A stretch of 64,000 bases of DNA from Lama guanicoe (Eukaryota), in the NCBI GenBank assembly GCA_013239625.1, contig MU054323.1, positions 9,041,220 through 9,105,219 of the forward strand. The letters run 5' to 3'. Under the pieces are notes generated by a model that saw only the letters and a program-made list of their open reading frames with translations, did no database searches and was not told where the DNA came from. This document shows positions 35,600 to 49,319 of the stretch, piece after piece (position 1 is the first letter of the stretch; each line of letters begins with the position of its first letter). The translations under genes were made by a program, and so were the position numbers.

Positions 35600-35990
35600 C
35601 CCAGACCCACTGAGCTCCAGCTCCACAGAACCACTGCTGTTCCCTGGGACATGTTATGCATGTTCACACCTCTGTGGCTACTTTGCTTATTCTGTTTTCT
35701 CTGTCTGGAGTGCCCGCTGCTATTTCTCTTCTCAAAGAACTCCTATTCATCCTTCAAGACCCTACTCAAAAGTCAGCTGCCACTTCAAAGCCTTACTTGA
35801 CTCCCCAGACAGGGTTGGTTGCTCTGTGCTCCAAGGCATAGGGTTCCCTCCCTGGCTCATCACCCAGTAGGGTAATTACTAGGATTTGCATGTTTATCTT
35901 CCTCCTAGTTGCTCCTCTAGGGCAGGGACTGTGTTATTCACCTTTGTAAACCGGTGCCAGGCCCTAGTAAATCCTCAGGCAATGTTGGTA
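35600..35990 (+). mobile_element. L2 LINE 3' fragment
   Basis: aactcctattcatccttcaagaccctactcaaa...agggcagggactgtgttattcacctttgta. Confidence 0.75.
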
Positions 35991-36356
35991 TAGGAGCGAA
36001 CATCATTTCTGTTGGATCTGTGGTATTTTTGAGGAACATTAAGAGAGTGCTGGTGTTACCATGGACATTTCCTGGCCCACAGTACGCTCTCTCTCTAGAC
36101 AAGAGTCATTTATCTGTCAGTCTGTGTGTTCACACAGCATCAGTACGGCACTCCTCAGGTAATTTTACATCTGATTTATTTATTTCACACATTAACCTTC
36201 TGGGTGGTTATTGTAGTTACCATCATAAGATGAAGAGACCGAGATGCCAAGAGATGAAGCAGCATCATATTCAAGAGTATGAGACATGCATGGCAAAGCT
36301 GGGAGTTGAACTCGGGCATTCTTGCTGCGAGAGCCACAAGATCCCTGCCTACAACA

Positions 36357-36540
36357 GAGATTCTCAATAATTGGTCTTTGAATCAACAGATCAGTATCCT
36401 GGGATACTGGGAACTTGTTAGCCATGCAAATTATTGGGCCCCATCCCAGACCTACTGAATCAGAAACTTCTAGAGTGGGCCCAGTGATCCGTGTTTTAAC
36501 CACCTGCAGGTGATTCCGTTGCTAGTTTTAAGAACCCAGA
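36357..36540. mobile_element. MER5A (hAT-Charlie); further MER5-like copies at ~43780-43940, 44015-44160, 44960-45155, 47540-47630 and 56500-56660
   Basis: gggaacttgttagccatgcaaattattgggccccatcccagacctactgaatcagaaactt...tgttttaac..caggtgattc. Confidence 0.8.
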
Positions 36541-39500
36541 CATACATCATAACTACTCCACTGGCTGCCCAGAGCCAGAGGAGGGAGCTCCAAGGCAAAC
36601 TTTTACCCCTAAACAATCATGGCAGCGGGGATGGAAACCTAGCAGGTCCAGTAGAAGGGAAGAAAACGCAATGGCTGGGAGTTAGGAGTCAGAGTTCTAG
36701 TCCCACTAGTTCTGCAATTATTGATGGTGACTTTGAGCACCTCTCTGGGCCTCAGTTTTCTCACCTGTAAAATGAGGATGTTGACTAAATGATCTCACCT
36801 CTAATTTCCCTTTACATTCTATTATTCAACTCTCCTTTGGAATAAACTGTTGTCTACACCAGGAATGGAATGCAGACAGAGTACGAGTGCTCATTTTTAA
36901 TGAATTTTTCCCATACTTGGAAACTGATCGGTTTCCAAATTCCAAATCCCTGGACCAGCTATCCTCTGTCTTCTTCCTTAGGAGCTGAAAGTGAGAGCAA
37001 ACATTCAAGTTGACTCATGAAACTTTATTAGGCAAAAAATAGAAAATCATTTGATACTGATTTAGAACCCCTTCCTTTGCCTGAGGCTCCTCACACGGGC
37101 CTTTTCCCTGGTCTTTCTCCTGTCACCTGCTTCCCCGCTACGACTCTGCCAGACCCTCTTGTTCATGAGACCGTGTCCCAGTCCCTCTGTGAGCTCAGGT
37201 GCATTTCCTGCTTCTCTTTATGGGTTTGCCCAATTCACAGGCCCTTGCTTACTTACCGAGGAAGGGTGAGGGGCGATGTGTCAGGATGACTTCCTAGGTG
37301 CACCAGGGGCTTGGTGGCCTAATGGGGGAGCCCCCCTGGACACACTGAAGCCCTATCCTACCATTTTCATGTGGACTGAGCACTCTCCCTGGAGCACAAC
37401 TAATAGTGGGTGGGGCTGTGCCATTGGGTACCCGGTGGGGCCCAGCATTTAACTGGCAGCTGGAAAACCTGTCTACAGCAGGCTGGGAAGAAGGAAGACT
37501 GCCTCTTGCCCCTTTGAGATGATGACGAAAATTCAAGGCAAATAATTGCGTTGTAAAAGTAGAGTCCTGCATCAAAAAGGTGTTTTGCAGAATTTTAACC
37601 ACTCAGGACCTGGGTGTCAGCAAGAGAACACGTCTGAGCTCTCAAGTCCGGAGGGGCCGTGAGAACATGAACAGTGTTAGAAGTTGGTCAAAGTACACAT
37701 CGCCTTCAGCAAAAACACACATGTCACGTAAATAGCCCAGTGTCTGTCAGATCAGCATCATGCTCAGAGACAGACTTTCAGCCTGAGGTTTCTAAGGTCC
37801 AGGAAAAAGTCTAAAAAATGCAGGACATCACGTGTTGCTGGCAGCCCTTGGGTTAAAAGCCAAAGAAGGTGATTATGAAGCAAGGCCCCAGGAAGAGCAG
37901 GAGCCCGTGTTGAGTCTTCATCAGCTGAAGTTCAGTGAGGCTTGCATGTGACCCAGGAAGGTAGCTACCTCTTGGATTGAGCATCTATGGTCCTACCTGT
38001 TAATAAAGAGTGTGTGTGTGTTCCAAACTCATCAAATTGTTTGCATTAAATATCTTCAGTTTTTTTTATGTCAATCATACCTCAGAAGAATGGTTTTTTG
38101 AAAAAATATGTATGTGAATTTGTGTGTAGCTGCAGCTTCTAATATACCCTTTAAATCAGCATACATTGTCAGTGGTAATTGATCTCAGCCCAGTACCCTG
38201 GAGACCTGTGTTAACACCTTCTGCTGATGGCTGCTGTCTTTGCCCATCCTGAACCCCCATGGTGGGCCTGGTAGTTGAGTTCAACTTGGAACCTGCGGAC
38301 CTGCCTCAGTGGCCCTGAGACCTGCCAGGATCCAGAGGGCTTGAAGGCCTGGACAAGACCGAGGTGTAGGTTAGACTTTCTGGGACTGTTTCAGAATGCA
38401 GTCTGCTCCTGTCCCAGCTCAGCCTGAAACTGGGCTGCTCTCCTGCAAGACGTCGGTTAAGGGATTCTTCTGCATCTGTTCAGTATGGATTTCAACCGCA
38501 CTCCTTAGAATCTCCTAAGCATCTTACTCTCAAGCTTATATGACTTCACAGATGACAGAGCACTCATTTCCAGTGTTGTTTTGCATTCAAACATTGGCCA
38601 AGCCCAAACACCTTGGTCTTTTGGTTGCTCCTGAGATTGTACAGAAAAGAGATGTGAGCTGTAGTCTGAATGAGCTGATGCAATCTAGCTGTGGGCAGTT
38701 TGGCAAGTCATTTTGTTTGCTGGGCCTCAATTTTATCACCTGTAAAATGGGGGTGTTGTTTCAGATGCCCTCTGAGTTCTCCTAGCCTTAACATTCAGAG
38801 ATTCTGGAGCCCACCTTGGCCAAAACAGAAGGCTCAGAGGCCCTATCCATCACCACACAATGCCCAAGTGGAGGTAAAGAGGAGTGCATGCAGTCGGTGT
38901 CAGGACAGTGGGGAGGACTCTGGGCCAGATGAGTACTTTCTCTTTGTGGACTTAGATTTGAGGAGTGCCTGTTGGGTGGGGCCTGGCTGGAAGGAGTGAG
39001 ACAGCCTCCCCCAGACTTTCCCCCTGAGTGGTTGCCTCACAGGCTGTTACGTAGCTCTCCTTACCACTTTCCAGGGTGGGGCAGGGAAGGGCAGATGGGT
39101 AGCAGCTGATGCAACAGACAGACACAAACCTGTGTTCTTCGAAGACTAAGCAAAGTTTGGTTAGCCGGGCCAACCAGGCTGCAGCAGCAAGGTCCTGCTC
39201 TTCGCAGAGTTTCAGCTTCCTTTTCTCTCCTTATAACTTAAATGGGGTCCACTCTCTGCTCATCAGAGCCAGTGATTGATAGTTTGTGTTAGGGTTTACC
39301 CACATCCATTTACTCGTGGTGCTCTTTAACCTGCAGCTGAAGACAATATCCTTGCTGGCTAGGAATGTGTACACGCACAAGTATATATACCACACCCACA
39401 CCCACGCACACACTGTGGGGTCATCCAGAAGTAAAATAGTTGTTCTGAGAATCTGCTCCCACCAGACCATGCTTCCCACGAGCTCTTCCAGGAGGAAATG

Positions 39501-39919
39501 GATCCAGTCAGAAGGAGGAGAGAGCTTTAGAAGATCTGGACGTTTCCTCTGTATTGCCAAAGCCTCAAAATATGCCCTTGGGAAGGCCATTTCTACTGAA
39601 GTCCTCGTCTATCAAATATAAATGAGACTCAGGGCTACTTCCCATCTTCCAGGGATCTGGATGCCCCAGACACAATAACTCTTAATCTTTTAATTAAAAA
39701 AAAATTCTGTGAGAGGGAAAGAAGAGAAGGTGTGTCAAGTCCTTGACAAAAGGAAAATTGCAAAATATCACTCAAACTAGCTTGATAATGAGCACTTCCA
39801 TTGTAAATTGCAAAGAATTTTGTCTTACTAAACCCATACTTCAAAACTGTACATATCTTGTGAACGGCACAAGAAGGAAAGACTAAGTACAGTTAGGCCC
39901 TATGTCCCTCGTAATCATA

Positions 39920-40155
39920 ATTTACATTGCAGTTACTATGTGCCAGGCCCTGTGCTAAGTGATTTATATGAATTATCACATTTTATTCTCATGAAAACCC
40001 TATGACATAGTCTGTTATCATCCCCATTTTACAGATGCAGAAACTGAGGCACAGAAGTTTAAGTAACTTGCCCAAGGACACAAGGGCTAGCAAGTGGTAG
40101 AACCAAGGTATATTAACCTGGGTCCTCTGACTCTGGAGCCTAGGCTCATAAACAT
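39920..40155 (-). mobile_element. MIR SINE (well preserved)
   Basis: tactatgtgccaggccctgtgctaagtg...tccccattttacagatgcagaaactgaggcacagaagtttaagtaacttgcccaagg. Confidence 0.9.
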
Positions 40156-43100
40156 CTGAAAACCCCACATATACAAATAGAGAATTTAAGTTGGATAGAA
40201 TCCTTTAAGTTACAAAAGATCCATCAGAATGTTCTCTAAACCCCTAATTGCTCTGTACCTTCAGTCAATAAAATCCATAATTTTATTTTCTGGAGTTCAT
40301 TTTATGTCCAAATTTTAAGGAACATATTTTTTGAGTATAACATATAGCCTTTTGCTCTTTGAGAAGGGTCACTCCCAAACCTTTCATCATCAAATCAGTT
40401 CATTTTAATAGTGAACAACTGACTTATTTTCTTATTGGTATTGAATAAATTTAGAAAGCGACTTTGGGCAAGGTAGTTATAATGTAAGTATGAATTTTAT
40501 AATTATCCATTTGTATATATTCATACATAATCAAATTTAATCAAAAGGACAGCCTGGAAGAGTGAAATTATAGTGTTTTCATGGTGGAGCAGGAGCTGGT
40601 GGTCTTTCTTCTTGAATCAGCCATCGGCTTGATTTATATATGTTTTATCTCATTAACCTTTATGTCATGGAGATAATTAGTAACTCTGGAAACTGCAAAA
40701 CACACTTGGAGCTGTCCCGTAGCTCTTTAACTTTGTCGTGCACCAGATTAAACTGGACCCAATTATTCCAAACCATAGAAGACATCTTTTGAAAGGCTTT
40801 GCCTTCTTCATTTGGAATGGCTTACTGGAATGAAAATCAAATTTTAATGTGGATCCTGACTTTTCTCTTTTGGCCGTACATCATATCACATCAAAACCAT
40901 TTGAATCCTTAAAGCTCTTGCTTCACAGAGAGACAAACATATGCAGATGGTTGTGATTACCCCTGTTTGGGTAAAGTTGTCCCAGGACCTTATGGAGGGT
41001 CCCAAGTTCTCGCTGCCTGCCTCCCGTCTGCTGGTGAGCATCAGGGCAGCCGTGCTGAACCCAGCCTGTTCAGGAGGCTACCGTCTTGAGGATGCAGAAA
41101 GTCTCTCGGATGCTAACAGTGCTGCAGGCATCCTTCTCCTTCCCTGTCCCTGTTCTCCCTTCTGGAATGAAGACTTTTGTGGCACAAGTTATTATAGCCT
41201 ATCTTCCCTTCCAGTTTTCTATGGGAGGATTCCGAGCTGCCTGGCCCCCCATTTCTTATGGCTGGATTGGTGATGGCTTAGGATGGAAGGATGGTAGAAA
41301 TCAAACAGGCTAAATTAATCTACATAAGAAAAAGCAGGAAGCTACTCTCTGGAGAAAGAATGGCCTGGGTAGGCTTTTAAGTGGGACTCCTAGTGAGAAA
41401 AATGGCCTCTTCATCAAGAAACTGCTCAAAGATTCACATGATTTTTAAGACATTAGGAGTTCAACTTATGTTTCTTTTGAATAGGACACCACATGAAGAT
41501 GGAACTTCATAAGGGAGGAAGAAGGCTCAGGCTTTATTCAAGATATATTTCAAATAATTTTCTAAGAGAGGAAAGTGATTTGGGTAGAAAAATCCAAGAT
41601 GATGACTTGCAGTGGGGGTTTCTGAATTTGCATGGTCTTGGAACAGTACTATGAAGTGTAGGGAGGGTAGAGAGGGGCTTGTGGGATGAATATTATCAGG
41701 TGGTGGTCCTTGGATTTGTGGGTGAAGTTGAGGTTTCTTTGGGGGTGATTTCACATGAAGGGAAAACTTCAATGCTGATACCAAACTTCAGTCTCTTTCC
41801 TTGGTTTAGTTTGAAGATGGACTAGATTGTTAACATATAGAAGAATTTTTGTGTGGGCCCTTGCTCCTTAAATGCCAAACTGATGTTCTAATGCCATTTG
41901 ACATGTCTCCCGGCTGAATGACTCAGCCCTGGCCTCACAGACCCTCCACAGGCTCTCCCTCCCTCAGGGGTGCAGGTGTGTCTCCACCTCGGTCAGAGGC
42001 CAGGAAACTAACCACAATCTCCTGGCTAGAGACGTAGGCTTCTGCGTTGGAGGCAAAACAGGGTGAAACACAGGCAGGCAGGATCCCAAACCACAGGAGC
42101 TCAAGTTAGGTCATCATTGTGGACATGACAACTTGCCATCTCTCTCTCTCAGTCAACAAAAAGAAACATAGACCCATTCAAAAATGGCTCTAAAAGACTG
42201 GGAATTTGCATGACTGTGGCAACTCGCCATTGAATGCTATTCCAAAGCAACCGAGAAAGTTAATTAGCCATTCTTTTCCCAAGCCAAGAGAGGTGAAATG
42301 ATACACTCACACCAGTTTATAGCAGGACAGTGGAGTACAGGAGTTTAAATCACTTGTCGGGCAGCCATTGAGTACAATGTCTGATTTCATTTCCCTCCTC
42401 CTGTGCACTTGGCAACTTGGGGGACTGCATGCTGGGCAAGAACCTTCTTTCCTGGAGACATTGCAGAGACATTCACAGGATTGTCCGTCTGTGGGACCAG
42501 CTTCTCTGGGGCAGTTAGAAATCAGGTTGAGGATAATGTTGAGGGGAAGAAGCCATGATGGAAAATGATTGTTTCTTTGAAAATAGTTATTCACGGAAAC
42601 TGCCATGACTGGTATGACCACTCACTTGGTCATTTCATTTTACCTTAAAGGTGGACCCCAGCTGGGGCACACATGGATGAGCCCTTGGTAATGCACAATT
42701 ACTATTTACTCAGTTGACTTGTGGGAATCAAGCAAATGAAATTGCCTGACAATAAAATGACACTGCTTTAGAAAGTATTCTGTCATGTTCACACATTATA
42801 TTTAAAATAATCATTAGGAAAAAGGATCTGGAGTTTTAAAGAATCTGTGAGAAATCTGCAGGCCAGTTTGTTCCTAGGGCAGGATGAGAATGGATTTATT
42901 TGGGCTGAAATCCTAACTTCTGTTGTCAGAGTTATCCAGAAAGTTTGGATAATGCTATATGTAGGAAAAACAAAGAGAAATGTTTTCTCTTCTAGACTGG
43001 CACCCCAGAAGACAAGGAATAAAAATCATTTCAAATATGAATTATTGATCTGTTCCTCTAAGGCTAGTTAATAACAAACACGACTTGTCCATTGTAGGAC

Positions 43101-46100
43101 TTAATATTTCCCCAGCCTGCGTATATCACATGGAATTTGTACTTAACCCACAAGAGCCATACTGGTTGCCTTTGACCCTGGGATAGTTCTTACTGACAAC
43201 TGTTTTAAATGGAAGAGGGGAGTACTAGAATTGATGCTGACTGTATTAAATTCTACAGGTTATAAAATTATTTGAGGCAGCTTCGTGGAATCCTCCAGAA
43301 CAGGTGAGCTGTTATTTCTGGAGCTGAGGCTCCTCTGGCCGCCCATACCCCAGTGGCTGGCTAAGCCCCAGGTTCTTGTGGCAGACCTACTGGGGAAGGC
43401 CAGTGTGTTTTCTTGGCTGCATTTCCATGTAGCCTTTTATTCGTCAGAGACGAGACAACGTAGTACATTCCTGCCTCACGAGGCCATGAGCTCTTCTCTG
43501 TGCCAGCATCAGAACTGATCTTGTCCTGGGCGGAGGGCTAGAAAGACCTTGACCCTAGTAGTAGGCATCAAGTCCTGGTGGTTCCTGACCCCAGAAACTG
43601 GACTCTTCACTTGACAAATATTTCTTTTGAGCCAGGCCCACAAATATGGTAGTAACTAAAACAGATGAAAATCCTTGCCCTGCTCTAACTTCGACTCTGT
43701 CTAAAGAGACTGAGTCTTGTCCTCACATTCCCAGGTTTCAACGTTGGTTCCCTAATCAGTAAGTCGCTTCTTCTAGAACAATCTTTCTCAAACTTCAGTG
43801 TGCACACAAATCACCTGGGGCTGCAGATCTTGATTCAGTGAGTCTCGGGTGGGGTCTGAGATTCTGAATTCCTAACAAGCTCCTAAACGATGCTGCTGCT
43901 GCTGCTAGGGATGTTGCCTGGATTACACTTTGAGTGGCAAGGATGTACAGCCAGCAGCGTCAGCACCATCGGTGAATTTGGTAGAAACCCAGGAGTTGAG
44001 AAACAGTGATCTAGAACAGTGATTCCCAAAGCATGTGCACCATAAGAAGCACCAGGTGAGAATTAGAGACTCCCCGTGGGCCCCCACCCCCAACCGAGTC
44101 ATATAATTTGGCGGGGAGCACCCCAGGTGATTCTGATGGATACTAGGTTTGAAAACCTCAAGGAGCATTTTCAGAGGGCACTTTCCTAGGCTCAGGGGAC
44201 TTTGTGGTGGAAAAAGCCTCAGAGGTGATCTGATGATAAAATCCGAGATTGTGGGCTCCTCTGGAGTTACTGTCCCACAAGTCCCAGGTAAGAAATAGGC
44301 CAAGTCCTTGCGCAGGGTCTCATGGCTAGGACCTGCTGGAGCCTTACTCCAGGTTCTTCCACTGAAGCTGCCTCTCCTGCTACTGGGATGCAGCCCAGCC
44401 TTTCCCTGCCCCCTTTCCTCACGATGACCTTGCCTTGGCCACACCCCAAATCTTCCTCTCCTCCAGCTGAGAGTTGCAGCCCATTACCTCCAAACCTCCA
44501 CACCCTCACAGCTGCTTTACTTCAGCACCCACAGATGCCACCCTCTCCCCACTATGTCATACACCAACCAAACCACAGGTTTAATTGACTGACTTTCCCC
44601 CAAGACTGATTCTGTCAGCCCTTTGATAATGTTTGCGGCTCTTCTCTGGGCAGGTGAAGTGTGTGGGTGGGAGGGGTGTCTGCTGGACTTCCATCCATCT
44701 TTCAGAAAGGCAAGTACGCTTCCTGCTCTTTGTCTTCTGTTTCAGTGCCTCTTTTGCTAAGTGTTCTGCAGCCTCTGCAATGTATGTGAGCATCTCTTGT
44801 CTTCGCTTACAGTTTCAAGACTTCCTCATTCTTTTGAATTGGCTATGTTCTCCCCTCCCCGCCTACACAGGTAGGTGCTGCTCACCATCAAAGTGAAGTG
44901 GATACACCTGGAACTTATGGTCTATGATAGGGACCTTAACTCAGAGTCCACAAATCCCTAGCCCAATACTTTAAAATCTTGAGTGTACACTAGAGATTTT
45001 AGTGTAAACGAGGGAATTAAAAGAAAAAAAAAGCCTTGATGTCTAGACTGCAATCAGATCAAGTACATCAAAAATTCTGGGGGTGGGAGGCAGGCATTAG
45101 TAGTTTATGAAGCTTTGCAGGTGATTCCGATGTGCAGCCTAGATTGAGAACCACTGGAAAGTCCTGGTAAAATTGTTTCTGGATGGGCATATGTGCATTT
45201 CTTGGAAAAACTCAGTTATAGGTTTTAGCAGATTCTCATAAAAGTTTTTATGACAACTTTCTCCTTCCCTTTCTCTCCCTCAAGAAAGACTGATCTAAGA
45301 TAATAAGCAGGAAGAACTTACCAACTATTAAGGAAACACGAAATATGTGCGTTAACTAAATAGACAGGCATTAACATGTAGAGCAGAGAAAGTGCCTCTT
45401 GTTGCTTCACAAGTGAAGGGGACTTGGAAATGTTGTGTTTGGTGGGGTGGGAGAGTCCTTGCCTCTCCCAATTAGTCAGGAAAATGGTGTGATTTCAGAT
45501 GCTACCACAAGAGAGATCTGATCACACCACTTAACTCCCCCACTGCCCACAGAACCAAGGCCTCGCCCCCAACTATAACATCCTGGTTCCCTCCTTCCTG
45601 GTTACCTAGCCCCAGCCATCCTTCTGGTCACCACACTCATTTCTTCACACACTCAAGCTCCAGAAGGATAATGCTCACTGCTCATTTTTTAGGCATCTCT
45701 GTGCCTTTGCTTCTGTTCTTCTCCTGGTTCCTCCCACTCTACCTGTCTCAAGTGGGTCTGGGAGGGGAGGTAGGATTGAAGAGACAGAGAGAGGCTGGAG
45801 GTAGTGTTCCCTGGCACAAAAGGTTCTCAGCTCATGTTAGTCAAAGTGAGTGGGGTAACTGCCTTGTGTTAGGAGCGCCTGCTTGGGGTTGGGGGTAGGG
45901 GAGGTAGGGGAATAATACATAAAGAATAAGAAGCTGTGGCCTTCAAGGGACTTGGATGCCAGTGGGGAGGCAGCCAGTGAACCAAGGAGTGCAGGCAGCC
46001 TGATAGGTGCTCTGAGAGGAATCTGGGGAAAGGAGATGTGGGGTGGGGAGTGGAGGGTAGGAGAGACTTCACCCGGAAAGGAACTGATACTCTTCTGGGA

Positions 46101-46159
46101 AGAGCAGGCCCCAGTGAAGGGGTAAGGGAGCTCTCTGGGTTTTTGTTTTTGTTTTTTCA

Positions 46160-46287
46160 TGCACACTAATCCCATTCATGAGGGCTCTGCCCTCATGACC
46201 TCCCAAAGACCCCACTTCCAAACACCATCACATTGGGGTTTCAACATATAAATTTTGGGGGTGACACAAATATTCAGTCTATGGCAG
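46160..46287 (-). mobile_element. MaLR (MLT1A/MST-type) LTR fragment
   Basis: cactaatcccattcatgagggctctgccctcatgacc...ttcaacatataaattttgggggtgacacaaatattcagtctatggca. Confidence 0.8.
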
Positions 46288-46779
46288 ATACTCTGTAACT
46301 GTGGTCCTGAATTGTTTCTGAAGCGCTGTTTCCTGTCTCTGAGGCAGCACAGGTCACGAATGGGCTTCTGCTCCAGGCTGTCCTGCTGCTGCTAAGGTGC
46401 CTACAGGGCTCTCTTCTGCCTAGACCAGGTCTCTCCATGGTCAGATAGTGTGGGAAGACAAAAGGCTGCAAGGCCCTGCGGGTGGGGTTTGAGCCCTCAA
46501 ACTGGAATCCAGAGCAATGAGCTGGAAGAGAATGTGTCCATCCCGTAGTCCAGAGCTTCTGTGACCTGTGGAGTCTGAGATTCTAAGGATATCTCTTGAG
46601 AGATGAAGCTTTACTTTACACTGTGAGCTCCTGAGATAGATTTCATCTGAACGAAGATTCCATGGTTTAAAATAAAGCTTGAAATCCACTAAAATCTAGT
46701 CCAGTGCTGTGGCTTAGACCATGGCTTCTACATATCACTCTACAAAAGGGAACCACAGTACTTTGGACAAATGGCTGAT

Positions 46780-47520
46780 TCCAGGTCTCGGCCAGGGAAA
46801 GCACAAGGTTAACCTGAGACAGCTGTTGACAGCAAGGAAGGAGGTATGTCAAAAGAACACTGGACCAGCTTGAAGGGACTCCTAATGATGTACTCTGGGA
46901 AAATTCGAACATCAAAAAGAATAATAACCATGTTTAATTGTAAAACAATGAATAAAAAACCATTATAGTGATGCTAAAAAGTCGAAGAAAATTACAGAAA
47001 GGGGGAAAACCTCTTTGTCACCATTGGAAGTGACTCTGATGCTAATTTCTTACTCTGAATATTGATTAAGAGAAAACAACATTTAGTTAATTAGTAACAA
47101 CTAAAGGTAATGTATGAACCTTGGCTGAATACTGTTTTTGAAGAAACCAGCTATAAAAGACAATTTGACTATGGCTTAGGTATTAGGAGACTATTAATTT
47201 TTTAAGGAATAAAAATAGTATTGTAGTTATAATGATCTTATTCTTCAGACATACATACTTAAATATTTAGGAGTGAAAGGTTGTGATGTCTGTAATTTGC
47301 TTTTACACAGCTTAGCCAAAAATCCTAATTTTATATACATATATATATATATAAATAATACATGTATACACATACATATATATTTATGTATTCACACATA
47401 TTTAAAAAAATTCAATATACATCAACATACATAGCAAAATCTTAACATTTGTTGAATTGGGTATATGGTTTGTTCATAATACTGTCCTTTCAACTTTTTG
47501 ATATATTTGAAATGCTTCTT
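46780..47520 (+). mobile_element. Old L1 (L1MC/ME) 3'UTR fragment containing a (TA)n-rich tract
   Basis: aactaaaggtaatgtatgaaccttggctgaatactg...acatacatacttaaatatttaggagtgaa...ctttcaactttttg. Confidence 0.6.
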
Positions 47521-47848
47521 TATAGAAAATTGGGAGGGATACTGCACAGATTCTGAGGCTCACCCCTGGCATCTGGGTCTTAAAAAGGAGCACAGGTGAC
47601 TGATACACCCTCAGGAATGAGAACCACTGATCCAATGCCCCCACTGAGTATGAAACTGAGGTCTGAAGAGTTGAAATGACTTTCCAAGGGACAGAACAAA
47701 GATTAGAATTCATGTTCCTTAGCTTCTGGTCCTGTGTTCTTTTAAAATAAATCCTCTAAAAGAATTTCTTAGATAAGAAACCTTACCCTCTTGAACACGA
47801 GAAGCTCTTGTTTGCCAGCAGCTGAATGGCACAAGGTGAGGAAGGAAT

Positions 47849-48546
47849 TTTTTTTAATTGAAGTATAGTCAGTTGCAATTTGTCAATTTCTGGTATACAG
47901 CATAATGTCCCAGTCATGCATATAAATACATATATTCATTTCCATATTCTTTTTGATTAAAGGTTATTACAAGATATTGAATATAGTTCCCTGTGCTATA
48001 CAGAAGAAATTTTTTTTATCTATTTTTATATATAGTGGTTAACCTTTGCAAATCTTAAACTCCTAAATTTATCCCTTCCCACCCCCTTTCCCTTGGTAAC
48101 CATAAAATTGTTTACTATGTCTGTTTCTGCTTTGTAGATGAGATCATTAGTGTCCTCTTTTATCTTTTTTTTCCTTAGGTTCCATGTATGAGTGATATCA
48201 TATGGTATTTTTATTTCTCTTTCTGGCTTACTTCACTTAGAATGATGATCTCCAGGTCCATCCATGTTGCTGCAAATGGCATTATTTTATTCTTTTCTAA
48301 GGCTGAGTAGTATTCCATTCCATAAATATACCACAACTTCTTTATCCAGTCATCTGTTGATGGACATTTAGTTTGCTTCCATATCTTGGCTATTGTATAT
48401 AGTGCTGCTATGAACATTGGGGTGCATGTATCTTTTCTAATTAGAGTTCCCTCCAGATATATGCCCAGGGGTAGGATTGCGGGATCATACAGTAAGTCTA
48501 TTATTACTTTTTTGAGGAATCTCTATACTGTTTTCCATAACAGCTG
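47849..48546 (-). mobile_element. Young L1 3' fragment including the ORF2 C-terminus
   Basis: ORF 48211-48417 (-), MFIAALYTIAKIWKQTKCPSTDDWIKKLWYIYGMEYYSA...MPFAATWMDLEIIILSEVSQKEK, is the L1 ORF2p C-terminal segment. It is followed by 3'UTR and poly(A) (T-run at ~47849). Confidence 0.92.
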
Positions 48547-49319
48547 CTTCATTTTCTCTTTTAAATAATTTTACTAGTTTTAGTGAGGATAATCCGTGAG
48601 AATTAATCTTCTTTCACGCGTTTGTAAAATTTAATATACAGATAAAAATCACACATTAGGAAAAAATCCAAAAGCCTCTATTATTAGTTGGGAAATGAGG
48701 TCTCCAATGAAGTCCCTGGCGTTGAAAGAGCCCAGGTTCCTTGCAGAGAGATGAAGATTGGAAGACAGCAAAGTGGTTAGGTCCCAGTATGTACTGGGAA
48801 AAGCATGAGTCTTTGCAGTCATACAAAATCTGGGTTCAGATTCTGACTCTGCCATTCGCTAGCTTTGTGACATTAAGCAAATTATGTGAGTGCTCCCAAT
48901 CTCAGTTATCCGTCTCCTACTGCCATGCACTGTGCGAGGTATTTTGAACAATTGTTAACAAGATGCACAGGGCCCTCCCAGAAATCCAACATATAATTAA
49001 GGAATGGGGATATTCAAGCGGAGTTCTTAATTCTGGAGGGACTGAGAGTAGATGTTAACCAGGTGGAGGTGAAGTTGGGACCAGGGAAGCAAAAGAAGGC
49101 AACGGTTTAAGGAAATAATGCGGGAGCCTGATAACCTGGAACAGCTGAATAACATACAGAATTACTGTGGCTTTACTGTAGGTGGTTGCGACAATTTAGT
49201 GAAACAAGTATGGAAAGCACCTAACTCCAACCCAGAAGTAGGAGTCAGGGCTAACCAAGTCACTCTTTAAAAGGCGGAGGGCACTCCAACCTCCTACACC
49301 ACGAAATAAAGAGACCTAG

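Noticed and set aside
35050..35667. 205-aa minus-strand ORF (longest in the track)
   Set aside because: Starts in an L2 fragment, ends in the (CTGC)n microsatellite, and is a low-complexity peptide.
37250..42621. Minus-strand ORFs (37294-37602, 39231-39590, 42307-42621) and isolated strong donors near 37258 and 42311
   Set aside because: I could not assemble them into a phase-consistent or recognisable protein; isolated donors are frequent by chance.
43923..44444. 173-aa minus-strand ORF
   Set aside because: Runs through MER5-type transposon fragments and has no homology.
48211..48417. Protein-like ORF
   Set aside because: L1 ORF2p C-terminal fragment, not a host gene.
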